Shown: piece after piece, positions 7,644 to 16,671 of the stretch
Numbering within the stretch: the first letter of the stretch is position 1
How the letters are laid out: the number at the start of each line of letters is the position of its first letter
Assembly: GCF_016127575.1 (NCBI RefSeq)
Contig: NZ_CP066019.1
Coordinates: 2,310,001 to 2,342,000 of the forward strand
From: Cupriavidus necator
GTDB lineage: Bacteria > Pseudomonadota > Gammaproteobacteria > Burkholderiales > Burkholderiaceae
Direction: 5' to 3'
Length of the DNA: 32,000 bases
Notes under the pieces: model-generated
The model's database searches: none
What the model was told of the DNA's origin: nothing
The model's input: the letters and a program-made list of their open reading frames with translations, nothing else
Program-made: the position numbers and the translations under genes

Positions 7644-9041
7644 TCAAGGGCGCGCCAACCGCGCCCGGAACACCACGAGCAAGCCTAGCATTGCCGCTGC
7701 CAGCCCAAATTGCTGCAGCCCGCCAATCCCCACCTTCCCGCGCTCCCCTTCAATCCACTCGAACCGCGGCGCATTCCGATACTCGTCCGTCGACACGCCA
7801 CGATAGCCCATGATGCGCGGGACGAAGTACGCGCGCCACTGCGCTTCGAAGCGGTCTACCCGTGCCATGAAGCTGGCGTACCGCGGCGCGTCACTGCCTG
7901 CCAGCCGGTCGGCAGCAAGCAGCAGCGACAGTGGCGGCGACAACCAGCCCCATCGTTCCGCCTGCTCGAAACGCAGCGCGCGCGCCTGGTCGAACGCGGA
8001 CACGACCGGCCGGATATGCGCTGCCTGGTCGAGGTAGCGCGGCATGAAGCTGACCGGCCATGCGTGCTGTCGTGCCGTGGCCGGGGCCCACTGCGGATTA
8101 GCCTGATACCACTCGTCCACCAGGGCCGACATCCTGGCTTCCGCGCTCTGCTGCGCCGCGCGGATCTGGACGATTGCCGCCAGCCGTGACGGCATCGGCA
8201 TCGTGCGATCCGCCAGCGCCGCGACCATCGCAGGCGTGCCGAAGGTGGCGATGACCCACAGGCCAAGCCCGGCCAGCACCGCCGTGGCACCGGAACCGGG
8301 CAGCAGGTTGAGCGCACCGCTGGCCGCACTCCAGAACGCGATGAACGCCGTCACGCAGAACAGCCATGCGAGATACGCCGACAGCGTTGCTGCGGGGTCC
8401 AGCACGAATGCCAGCGTGGAAGCGAGCACTGCAATCAGCCAGACGGCGCCCGCCCGAACCGCGATGGCGGCGAACAGCACACGCCCGCCGGCCGCACCCT
8501 GCGCCATCAACATCCGCCACGTGCCATGTTCGCGCTCGCCCTGGACCATGCCTGCGCACAGGCAAACCAGCATGAGCGGCGCCAGCAGCGCGATCGCCGT
8601 CGCCAGGTCGAAGGTGCCATAGCGCTGCAACAGCGGGTTGGCCAGCCGCTCCTCGTTGCGCGCGTCGGTGTGGCGGCTCTCGACAGTGACGCGAACCGAC
8701 GGCGGCAGCAGGTCCAGCACGCTGCTCGCCAGCGCCAACCCGCCACCTGGCGGCAGCTGCGCCACCGGGGCTTCCGACCTGGCGAACCGGAATGCCGCCA
8801 TGGCGGCCTGCTCCGGCGATGCCGGCGATGCCTTGGCCTGGGCAAGGCGCAACGCCGCCTGCCCGTTTGCTTCCAGCTGCTGCAGCTTCTCATGCCATGC
8901 GCGCGCACTGAGACCCGATGCCAGCGCGCACGCGCACAGGGCGGCAGCAAACAGCAGCAGCGCCCAACGGGCACTGCCCGCCGCGCGGAAGCGGCGGCAT
9001 TGCGCGGCAAGCGCCTGCCTGGTCTGTCTTATGGGGTTCAT
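7644..9041 (-). CDS. ABC-2-type permease, DUF3526-like (second paralogue), 465 aa
   Basis: ORF 7644..9248 trimmed to ATG 9041, which overlaps the upstream stop as ATGA (9038-9041). Architecture: N-terminal TM, periplasmic segment, QGEREHGTWRML motif, a block of TM helices, a soluble domain of about 170 aa and a C-terminal TM. This is the same architecture as the upstream permease. Confidence 0.75.
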   Translation of the reverse strand: MNPIRQTRQALAAQCRRFRAAGSARWALLLFAAALCACALASGLSARAWHEKLQQLEANGQAALRLAQAKASPASPEQAAMAAFRFARSEAPVAQLPPGGGLALASSVLDLLPPSVRVTVESRHTDARNEERLANPLLQRYGTFDLATAIALLAPLMLVCLCAGMVQGEREHGTWRMLMAQGAAGGRVLFAAIAVRAGAVWLIAVLASTLAFVLDPAATLSAYLAWLFCVTAFIAFWSAASGALNLLPGSGATAVLAGLGLWVIATFGTPAMVAALADRTMPMPSRLAAIVQIRAAQQSAEARMSALVDEWYQANPQWAPATARQHAWPVSFMPRYLDQAAHIRPVVSAFDQARALRFEQAERWGWLSPPLSLLLAADRLAGSDAPRYASFMARVDRFEAQWRAYFVPRIMGYRGVSTDEYRNAPRFEWIEGERGKVGIGGLQQFGLAAAMLGLLVVFRARLARP

Positions 9042-10456
9042 GGCTGTATCCTGCGAAGAGAGAAGAACAGGCCGGCCACGGCCAGCCCGCACCACCAGAA
9101 CATGATCGCGATCTCCGGCAACGCTGCCCGCAGCGCGAACAGCGCCGGCGGCATGGTGTAGGCAAAGGGCCGGATTGCGCGCCAAAGCGCAGCGCCTGCG
9201 TACCTGGCATCGAACGAAGTCATGCCGCGCGTGTGGCTGGCATCCCATTCATCGATGGCCGTGTTGACGCTGCGCCGATAGCGCTCCGCGGCGGCCTCGT
9301 AGTCGCGCTGGTGCGAGAGATCCGTTCCCGCCATCTTCATGGCGAAGTTGCGGATCGCCAGCGTGGGGCTCAGCAGCGCGGCGGCGCGCATCACGTTCTC
9401 CTGCGCCGCATAGCGCTGCCACAGCGCATCGAAATGCAGCGCATGGACCCGGTCGGCGTAGGCGTCGCGCTCCAGCCGCCGCAGCGGCGCCGCGCCCACG
9501 GGCAGGTCCTCGAGGCGCGTGACGCCATAGCGCGACAGCAGCGCCGCGTCATGGCGTTCGGTGCGGGCCGCCAGGTTGCCGTCGCCCGGCAATCCCTCCG
9601 TGAAGTCGCGCTGGATCGCCGCCCAGAACGCTTGCGCCGACGGCAGCGGCACGGCATGCCGCGCAACCGCCGCGCCAATGCCCGGGATCACGAAGACAAA
9701 GGCCAGCCACAGGCCCACCAGCACGAACAACGCGCTCCTGCCGTCGGCCAGCCAGGCCGACACCGCCAGGCCCAGTCCCACCAGAATCGCGGTGTATAGC
9801 AGATAGGCGGCACCCAGGCCCGCTGCCCGCCACCAGACCGCACCATCCAGCGTGCCGCCGGCGCTGGCCGCGATGACCGGGGCCAGCGCGACGGCCAGCG
9901 CAAACACGGCAAAGCCCGCGCCCAGCGCCAGGAATTTGCCGGCCACGAGCCTGGCCGGCGCCACGCCGGCGCCGTGCATCATGCGCAGTGTGCCGCGCTG
10001 CCGCTCGCCGCTGACGGCATCGAAAGTGACTGCGATCACCAGCAGCGGCAACAGCACCGCGAACACGAAGCCGGCGCTCAGGTCGCCGAAGCGGGTGGAT
10101 GGCAGCGCATCCTGCGCGGGCTCGAAGCGCGCCACATTGCGCCGGTGCGGCTCCAGCCACAGCGCCTGGCCAAAGTAGTCGCCCAGCCCCGGCTCGATCA
10201 CCGTCAGCGCGGAGGCGGGCCGGAACACGTACAAGCCGAAGTGCGCGCCGCGATGCGGATGCTTGTCACCCTGGTCGTCCCACTGCTGCCGCGTGGCGGC
10301 GGTAACCTGCGCCACCTCGCTGGCGACGGCGGCATGCCGCTGCAGCGAGGCCAGGATGGCGACGGCCAATACCGCGGCGCCGATCGCAAGCAGGGCTGCG
10401 AAGCGCCCCTCCCTGGCCATCGCCCTGAGTTCCTTCACAACCACGGTCCTGATCAT
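9038..10456 (-). CDS. ABC-2-type permease, DUF3526-like (first paralogue), 472 aa
   Basis: Start ATG 10456 overlaps the ATPase stop as ATGA (10453-10456). MIRTVVVKELRAMAREGRF is typical of an ABC-2 N-terminus. Also SGERQRGTLRMM, five or more TM helices, a soluble domain and a C-terminal TM. Confidence 0.8.
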   Translation of the reverse strand: MIRTVVVKELRAMAREGRFAALLAIGAAVLAVAILASLQRHAAVASEVAQVTAATRQQWDDQGDKHPHRGAHFGLYVFRPASALTVIEPGLGDYFGQALWLEPHRRNVARFEPAQDALPSTRFGDLSAGFVFAVLLPLLVIAVTFDAVSGERQRGTLRMMHGAGVAPARLVAGKFLALGAGFAVFALAVALAPVIAASAGGTLDGAVWWRAAGLGAAYLLYTAILVGLGLAVSAWLADGRSALFVLVGLWLAFVFVIPGIGAAVARHAVPLPSAQAFWAAIQRDFTEGLPGDGNLAARTERHDAALLSRYGVTRLEDLPVGAAPLRRLERDAYADRVHALHFDALWQRYAAQENVMRAAALLSPTLAIRNFAMKMAGTDLSHQRDYEAAAERYRRSVNTAIDEWDASHTRGMTSFDARYAGAALWRAIRPFAYTMPPALFALRAALPEIAIMFWWCGLAVAGLFFSLRRIQP

Positions 10457-11169
10457 GGCGCAACACCCTGCGCGCGCGCATGGGCCAGGTAGGTTGAGGC
10501 CAGTGCCTCGTGGCCGACGGTGGCCGCGTCAAACTCGGCCACCAGCACGCCGGCACGCAGGATGCCGATGCGGTCGGCGAGCTGCCTGGCGTTGAACAGG
10601 TCATGCGTGGCCATCAGCACCGCCGTGCCCGCGTCCGCCGCTTGCCGGACACGGCTTGCCATGTCATCGGCCGCGGCCGGGTCCAGCCCTGAGGTCGGCT
10701 CGTCAAGCAGCAGCAATGACGCGGATTTGGCCTGGGCGATGGCCAGGCCCACCTTCTGGCGCATGCCCTTCGAGTATTTCGCTACGCGCCGGCCGTGCGC
10801 GTCGCGGGCCAGCCCCGCGCCGTCCAGCAGCGCCGTGGCCTCGGCACGCGACAGGCTGATGCCGGCAATCGCGCAGAAGTAATCCAGGTTTTCCGCGCCG
10901 GACAAGTAGGGATACAGCGCGACGTTCTCGGGCAGGTAGGCGACGCGCCGCCTGACCGCAGCCGGATCGGCAACGGGCGACAGTCCGTCGACCAGCACCG
11001 TGCCACCGGCCGGCGGGACAAACCCCAGCGTCACATCGATGGTGGTGGTCTTGCCCGCGCCGTTGCCGCCCAGCAAGGCGTAGATGCAGCCCTTCGGCAC
11101 GGTAATATTCAGGCCGTCCACCACGCGACGCCCGTCGCGATGGACAACCAGGTCACGAATTTCAAGCAT
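10453..11169 (-). CDS. ABC transporter ATP-binding protein, 238 aa
   Basis: Walker A LLGGNGAGKTT, signature YSKGMRQKVGLA, Walker B LLLLDEPTSGLD, H-loop ATHD. GGAGA lies upstream of the ATG, 21 nt after the receptor stop. Confidence 0.92.
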   Translation of the reverse strand: MLEIRDLVVHRDGRRVVDGLNITVPKGCIYALLGGNGAGKTTTIDVTLGFVPPAGGTVLVDGLSPVADPAAVRRRVAYLPENVALYPYLSGAENLDYFCAIAGISLSRAEATALLDGAGLARDAHGRRVAKYSKGMRQKVGLAIAQAKSASLLLLDEPTSGLDPAAADDMASRVRQAADAGTAVLMATHDLFNARQLADRIGILRAGVLVAEFDAATVGHEALASTYLAHARAQGVAP

Positions 11170-11190
11170 GTCGTGTCTCCGTCGAATACG

Positions 11191-13302
11191 TCAGAAGAAA
11201 TAGCGTGCCGCCATGCCGGCCTGCCATTTCGGCTGCGGCGCTACCAGCAGCCCCGCTGCGGACCCATACGCGGCCTCGGTCGAGAACCGGTGCGGCTGCA
11301 GCACCGCGAACAGCGACAACTGGTATTGCTTCCAGTCGAGCACCGCACGCAAGTCGAAGCGCGTGTAGGCTGGCATGAAGCGCAACTGGGTCTGCGGCGC
11401 CCCCATGTAATAGGGAATACCGGTAGTCAGGTAAGCATCGGCATTGACCGTCAGTTGCGCGCCCTGCAGCCGCTGGCGGTACTCGGCGCCCAGCTTGAGC
11501 TGGTGCCGGGGAACCGAAAGCCTGGCCCCCGTGTTTGGCAGCGGGTTGTTTGCTTCGGCCTGGATGATCTGCCCGTAGCTGGCGTAGACCGACACCGGGC
11601 GGATGGGCCGCCAGCGGGCCTCGAGCTCATATCCCTTGCGCGTCGTGTCGCCGACCGACTTGAACGATCCGTCCGGCTGCCCCACGATCTCGTCCTCATT
11701 CAGCGTGTAGTAGGCTGCTGCGGTCACGGTCAGGTTGTTGGCCGGCGTCGCGGTAAAGCCCACGTCGTAGGATTTCACCTTCGACGGCGATACGTCATAG
11801 ACCGTGCCGCCGGGAGCGCCCAGCGGGCCCGTGGCCCCGCTGCTGCTGATCTGCTCCGCGGCCGGCGAACGGAAGCCCTGCGCGACGTTGGCGAACAGGT
11901 CGAGCCGGGGCAGCACCGACCAGACCGCGCCGAGCTTCGGCGTGGTGACGCCCGAGAAGTAGTCGGTGCTCGCTGCCGGCAGCTTGCGGTTGACGATGTC
12001 GTAGTCGAACCAGTCGCGCCGCAGGCCGGCGGTCAGCTTGACCGCTTCGACGGGCCTGAACTGCCCCTGCACGAACAGCCCGTAGGTGAGCAGGTCGAGC
12101 TGCTGCGCGTTGATATAGTTCGCAGTGGGCACGCCACGCACCCAGATCTGGCGCTGCGCGTCGCCGCGGTCGCGGCGCACTTCCGCGCCGACCATGAGCG
12201 CGGCCCGGTCTCCGAAGGTGAAGTTGTTGGCCAGCCGGCCGCCGAAGATATTCCGGTCATCCGAACCCACGGTGTGCTGCACGCTGCTGGTGGCAATGCC
12301 ACGCTCGCGCTCGAAGGCTTCCCCGTACAACGTCGCATACCAGCCGTCCTCGCCATGCGCCGGGGCGCGATTCAGCGCGAACATCGAACGCTTGCCGCTG
12401 CCGAAGCCCGGCAGCCCGTATTGCGTGGAGCGCGGGTCCACCTTGCCGGATTGCAGGTCGCTCAGCAGCAGGTAGCCGGCGGCTGTCGATTCGGAGCGAT
12501 AGTGGTTGAGCCGCAGGCTGTAGACGCCGTCGCCGATCCTGGTCGACAGCTTCCAGAAAAAGTTGTCGCGGTCGGTGCTGCCGTCGTACCGGTAGCTATG
12601 GGTGCGGTAGATATCGGCCACGAACAGCGACTTGATCGGCTCAGGCCCGGGCCGGAACGCATGGCTGCCTGACAGGACCAGTGTTGCGCGCTTGCCGTTG
12701 TACCGGTCGAAGCCGATGCCGATGCTGGAGGGCACGTCGCCCGACTGCGTGCTGATCGGCACGGCACCCGCCCGGTTCTGGTCGCCATACAACGCGGACA
12801 CCGGCCCCTTGATGACGTCAATCTGGCCGATCATGTCCGGGGTCAGCCATTCCAGGAATGCAGGCCCATGCCCGGCGCCGGCCTGGCTGGACGGCATGTT
12901 CTGCGGCACCCCGTCCACATAGACTGCGGTGTCGGCGCCGTGCGTGCCCTGGGTGGCGAAGCCGCGCATGCGGAAGCCGTTGCCCGTGTCGCCCTGGTCG
13001 ATGTTGTTGGCCACCACCCCAGGTACACGGCGGAACATGTTGGAGATGTCCCGGCCGATATTGATGGTGCCCAACTCGTCGGCGGTGACGACCGAGACCG
13101 CGGTCGGCAGGCCGGTGCTGTCCGTGGTCACGAGCTTGCGTTTGCCTTGCAGGCTGGTGTCCTGCGTCGCCACCACGCTGACTTCCGGCAGCACCGTATG
13201 CTGGCCTTCGGCAAATGCGGCCTGACTGAAGACGCCCGACGAGAGCGAGAGCAGTGTCCAGGCCAGGGGGCGCGCGGCACCCGTGTTTTCGTTCTTGTTC
13301 AT
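11191..13302 (-). CDS. TonB-dependent outer-membrane receptor, 703 aa
   Basis: ORF 11191..13374 trimmed to ATG 13302. Signal peptide ...LLSLSSGVFSQAAFA. Plug: VLPEVSVVATQ...VSVVTADEL...FRRVPGVVANN...FRMRGF...VYVDGVPQN...IDVIKGPVSALYG. A long barrel follows, ending in the terminal aromatic residues AARYFF. Confidence 0.9.
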   Translation of the reverse strand: MNKNENTGAARPLAWTLLSLSSGVFSQAAFAEGQHTVLPEVSVVATQDTSLQGKRKLVTTDSTGLPTAVSVVTADELGTINIGRDISNMFRRVPGVVANNIDQGDTGNGFRMRGFATQGTHGADTAVYVDGVPQNMPSSQAGAGHGPAFLEWLTPDMIGQIDVIKGPVSALYGDQNRAGAVPISTQSGDVPSSIGIGFDRYNGKRATLVLSGSHAFRPGPEPIKSLFVADIYRTHSYRYDGSTDRDNFFWKLSTRIGDGVYSLRLNHYRSESTAAGYLLLSDLQSGKVDPRSTQYGLPGFGSGKRSMFALNRAPAHGEDGWYATLYGEAFERERGIATSSVQHTVGSDDRNIFGGRLANNFTFGDRAALMVGAEVRRDRGDAQRQIWVRGVPTANYINAQQLDLLTYGLFVQGQFRPVEAVKLTAGLRRDWFDYDIVNRKLPAASTDYFSGVTTPKLGAVWSVLPRLDLFANVAQGFRSPAAEQISSSGATGPLGAPGGTVYDVSPSKVKSYDVGFTATPANNLTVTAAAYYTLNEDEIVGQPDGSFKSVGDTTRKGYELEARWRPIRPVSVYASYGQIIQAEANNPLPNTGARLSVPRHQLKLGAEYRQRLQGAQLTVNADAYLTTGIPYYMGAPQTQLRFMPAYTRFDLRAVLDWKQYQLSLFAVLQPHRFSTEAAYGSAAGLLVAPQPKWQAGMAARYFF

Positions 13303-13440
13303 GAGGCCTCGCGGCAGCCCGGCGGTATCCGCTACGGGCACCGGGCTTGCCGTACAAAATTCAGACGTGAGCATGCCGCCCGCCTGGCATGACGCAGCGG
13401 ACGCGCAATCAGATATACGGGAAAGGGATGCGGCCGGGGG

Positions 13441-13848
13441 TTAGCCGGCGGCGCGGGGCAGCGCCGGTGGCGCGCGCAAGGCGGGCGGAGAGAGGAAGCG
13501 GGTACGCCATGTCGGCGCGGCGACATCGACCTGCCGTACCCGTGACAACAGGCGCAGGATGACGCAGAGCATTTGCACCGCGATGGCGGCGCTGATGAAG
13601 AGATGCAACCGGGGCGAGCACCACAGGCAATCGCATTCCGTCGTGCCATCGGCAGGCACGCGGTCCGTGTCGGACGTGTCCGGCGTGGCGGCCGTATCGG
13701 GGATTGCGCCTGCGCTTGTGTTCGCCACGACAGCCTCCAGCCGCGTTCCCGGTACCGCATGCACGTGCGTCACCGCGGCCCACGCCTGCACTAGCAAGAG
13801 CAGGAGCACGGCCCAGATGAGACGAACGAAGTTCGCATGCTTACGCAT
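13441..13848 (-). CDS. Small Cys-rich membrane protein, DUF2946-like, 135 aa
   Basis: N-terminal TM/signal MRKHANFVRLIWAVLLLLLVQAWAAV, a His/Thr/Asp-rich linker, the Cys cluster ECDCLWC, and a second hydrophobic segment LHLFISAAIAVQMLCVIL. It lies 138 nt upstream of the receptor on the same strand. There is no clear Shine-Dalgarno sequence, and family membership is not verified. Confidence 0.5.
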   Translation of the reverse strand: MRKHANFVRLIWAVLLLLLVQAWAAVTHVHAVPGTRLEAVVANTSAGAIPDTAATPDTSDTDRVPADGTTECDCLWCSPRLHLFISAAIAVQMLCVILRLLSRVRQVDVAAPTWRTRFLSPPALRAPPALPRAAG

Positions 13849-13880
13849 TGATGGAGGCGCTGGCTGTGTCGACCGGCGCC

Positions 13881-13909
13881 ATATTAACGCAACTCAATTG
13901 CAATTGTAA
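13881..13909 (-). promoter_or_regulatory. Candidate sigma70 promoter for the DUF2946/TBDR operon, with tandem CAATTG palindromes in the spacer
   Basis: Minus-strand reading: TTACAA (13909-13904), 17 nt, TAATAT (13886-13881). The spacer contains CAATTGCAATTG (13895-13906). This is the only AT-rich patch in the 208-nt divergent region. Confidence 0.35.
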
Positions 13910-14056
13910 GTCGATGCCGCGACAAGCCTGTCCTGCAAGCCGCTAAAGACTGCACCGTTCCCGCCGTTAAGCAAGAGTTGGCCAGCGAAGACATTGGCAA
14001 GACAGGCAGCCGGCACGCCGGCGCCTGCACTTCTGGGGTGGAAACGGGGGAGAGAC

Positions 14057-15214
14057 ATGCAAAACCTGGGGATTCGCATACGCCTGGGCGCGGCGTTTGG
14101 CGCCATGTGGTCGCTGATGGCGATCGGGATCGCGGTGGCCTTGCCGCGGATGCAGGAGGCGGCCGATGCGCGGCGCCTGCTGATCGCGTTGGGCGTGGGT
14201 GGGCTATGCCTGGCGGTGGGCGCGGTCTGGGCGCTGGCGCGCAGCATCGAGGCGCCGTTGTCAGAAGCCGTCTACATAGCCGAGACCGTGGCGGCGGGCG
14301 ACCTCAGCCAGGAGTTCGACACCGAGCGCGGCGGCGAGTTTGGGCGGCTGCTGGGCGGCCTGGGAGAGATGGAAGACATGCTCACCGACCTGGTGACACG
14401 CATCCGCGCTTCCACCGATTCGATCACCGCCGCTTCGCACCAGATTGCCGCGGGCAATACCGACCTGTCGCAGCGCACGGAAGAGCAGGCGGCGGCGCTG
14501 GAAGAGACCGCGTCAAGCATGGGCGAGCTGACCTCGATGGTGCAGCAGAACACCGAACGCGCGCGCGCCGCCAACGGGCTGGCGGCAACCGCATCGGGAA
14601 TCGCCGCGCGCGGTGGCGAAGTGGTGGGCAACGTGGTGCAGACCATGTCGGCGATCAGCGCCAGCTCGCGCAAGGTCACGGACATCATCGAAGTGATCGA
14701 AGGCATTGCCTTCCAGACCAATATCCTGGCGCTGAACGCGGCGGTGGAAGCCGCGCGCGCGGGTGAGCAGGGGCGCGGCTTTGCCGTGGTGGCCGGCGAG
14801 GTGCGAACGCTGGCGCAACGCAGTGCGTCGGCGGCGCGGGAGATCAAGCAACTGATCGACGATTCGGTGCAGCAGGTGGACAGCGGCTCGGCACTGGTGG
14901 GCCAGGCCGGCGAGACCATGCAGGAGATCGTTCAGGCAGTGGCCAGCGTGACCGGGCTGCTGGGCGAGATCACTGCGGCCTCTGAACAGCAAAGTGCCGG
15001 GATTGCGCAGGTCAACGAGGCGGTGGCGCAGATGGACACCGTGACGCAGCAGAATGCGGCGCTGGTGGAGCAGGCGGCCAGTGCCTCGCACGAACTGGCG
15101 GGCCAGGCCACTGAGCTGCAGCGCGTGGTGGGCGAGTTCAGGCTGGATGCGGAACCGGCGTCAGCACAGGCGCCGGGGCATGGCGCATTCAGGCAGGTTG
15201 CTGCGTTCGGCTGA
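14057..15214 (+). CDS. Methyl-accepting chemotaxis protein with a minimal periplasmic loop, 385 aa
   Basis: ORF 13994..15214 trimmed to ATG 14057 after GGGGAGAGA. Two TM helices are separated by only about 15 residues, followed by a HAMP-like segment. Signalling domain: [24 protein letters not shown] and [41 protein letters not shown]. Confidence 0.9.
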   Translation: MQNLGIRIRLGAAFGAMWSLMAIGIAVALPRMQEAADARRLLIALGVGGLCLAVGAVWALARSIEAPLSEAVYIAETVAAGDLSQEFDTERGGEFGRLLGGLGEMEDMLTDLVTRIRASTDSITAASHQIAAGNTDLSQRTEEQAAALEETASSMGELTSMVQQNTERARAANGLAATASGIAARGGEVVGNVVQTMSAISASSRKVTDIIEVIEGIAFQTNILALNAAVEAARAGEQGRGFAVVAGEVRTLAQRSASAAREIKQLIDDSVQQVDSGSALVGQAGETMQEIVQAVASVTGLLGEITAASEQQSAGIAQVNEAVAQMDTVTQQNAALVEQAASASHELAGQATELQRVVGEFRLDAEPASAQAPGHGAFRQVAAFG

Positions 15215-15248
15215 TGTGGGCAGCGCGGATTGCTGACTGATTGCGCGC

Positions 15249-15274
15249 CCCCTCTCCCGCAAGCGGGAGAGGGG
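15249..15274. terminator. GC-rich perfect palindrome (REP-like) between convergent genes; probable bidirectional transcript-end hairpin
   Basis: CCCCTCTCCCGC-AA-GCGGGAGAGGGG has 12-bp perfect arms. There is no flanking T-run. It sits between the MCP stop (15214) and the aminotransferase stop (15309). Confidence 0.5.
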
Positions 15275-15308
15275 AGCGAACCAGCGGGAGGCAGGACCCT
15301 TCAGCAAT

Positions 15309-16646
15309 TCAAGCCGTCACGCAAGCCGGCAGCACTGCCTGCACCGCCGCCGCAAAGCGCTCGACAATCCTGTCGATATCCTGCGGCGTGCAAATAAACG
15401 GCGGTGCGAACAACACGTGGTCGCCATGCACGCCATCGACCGTGCCACCCATCGGATAGACCAGCAGGCCGTTCTGCACGGCGGCGGCTTTCAGGCGCGC
15501 ATGCGTCTTCAGCGCCGGATCGAGCGTGGCCTTGCTGTCGCGGTCGGCCACGAACTCCACACCGACGAACAAGCCGCGTCCACGGATATCGCCCAGGTTG
15601 GGATGGTCACCCAGCACCTCGCGTAACCGTGCGCGCAGTTGCTCGCCGCGCGCCAGCACGTTGGCCAGCAAGTTGTCTTCGGCAATGGTCCGCTGCACCG
15701 CCAGCGCCGCGGCGCAGGCCGTGGCATGGCCGATATAGGTATGGCCATGCTGGAAGAAGCCGCTGCCGCCGACGATGGCGTCGTAGATCCTGCGCGTCGA
15801 CAGCATCGCGCCGATCGGCTGGTAGCCCGCACCCAGGCCCTTGGCAATGGTGACGATATCGGGCACCACGCCATCCTCTTCGCACGCGAACAGGAAGCCG
15901 GTACGGCCCATGCCTGACATCACTTCATCCAGGATCAGCAGCACGCCGTACTTGTCGCACACGGCGCGGATGCGCTTCAGGTAGTCGCCCACCGGCGGCA
16001 CCGCGCCGGCGGTGGCGCCCACCACGGTTTCGGCAACGAAGGCGGCCACCGTGTCGGGGCCAAGTTCCAGGATCTTGGCTTCCAGCTCGTCGGCCAGGCG
16101 CTGTGCGTATTGCGCGTCGGTCTCGCCGGCCTGCTGGTCGCGGTAGGCATAGCACGGCGACACGTGGTGCGCCGGCACCAGCAGCGGCAGGAAGGGCTCG
16201 CGCCGCCAGGCGTTGCCGCCGATGGCCAGCGCGCCCAGGGTGTTGCCATGGTAGCTCTGGCGGCGCGCGATGAAGTGGCGGCGGCTGGGCTGCCCTGCTT
16301 CGACGAAATACTGGCGCGCCAGCTTCAGCGCCGACTCCACCGCTTCGGAGCCGCCGGAGACAAAGTAGACATGGTCGAGATCGCCCGGCGCGGCCTGCGC
16401 CAGCGTCTCGGCCAGCGTTTCCGATACCTCGGTGGTGAAGAACGACGTATGCGCGTAGGCGATGGTGTCGAGCTGCGACTTGATCGCCTCGATCACGCGC
16501 GGATGGCCGTGCCCCAGGCACGACACGGCGGCACCGCCGGAGGCGTCGAGATAGCGCCGGCCTTCGCTGTCGATCAGTTCGATGCCCTGCCCGGCAACGG
16601 CAACGGGCAGCTTCTGGCGCGGATTGCGATGGAATACGTGGGTCAT
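15309..16646 (-). CDS. Class III (omega-type) PLP-dependent aminotransferase, 445 aa
   Basis: Motifs: DASGGAAVSCLGHGHP, YFVSGGSEAVESALKLARQY, LILDEVMSGMGRTG, DIVTIAKGLGAGY (PLP lysine context). Confidence 0.9.
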   Translation of the reverse strand: MTHVFHRNPRQKLPVAVAGQGIELIDSEGRRYLDASGGAAVSCLGHGHPRVIEAIKSQLDTIAYAHTSFFTTEVSETLAETLAQAAPGDLDHVYFVSGGSEAVESALKLARQYFVEAGQPSRRHFIARRQSYHGNTLGALAIGGNAWRREPFLPLLVPAHHVSPCYAYRDQQAGETDAQYAQRLADELEAKILELGPDTVAAFVAETVVGATAGAVPPVGDYLKRIRAVCDKYGVLLILDEVMSGMGRTGFLFACEEDGVVPDIVTIAKGLGAGYQPIGAMLSTRRIYDAIVGGSGFFQHGHTYIGHATACAAALAVQRTIAEDNLLANVLARGEQLRARLREVLGDHPNLGDIRGRGLFVGVEFVADRDSKATLDPALKTHARLKAAAVQNGLLVYPMGGTVDGVHGDHVLFAPPFICTPQDIDRIVERFAAAVQAVLPACVTA

Positions 16647-16671
16647 GATGGTGTGGTGGTGGTGCCGCGCG

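Noticed and set aside
13895-13906. CAATTGCAATTG considered as a Fur, Zur or CopR box.
   Set aside because: By eye the match to the Fur 19-mer is only about 9/15, and there is no convincing match to the Zur or CopR/CusR consensus. It is kept only as an unassigned operator candidate.
15241-15459. A 72-aa ORF beginning MRAPSPASGRGER over the GC palindrome.
   Set aside because: The peptide is simply the translation of the REP-like palindrome CCCCTCTCCCGCAAGCGGGAGAGGGG. It then runs antisense into the aminotransferase gene.
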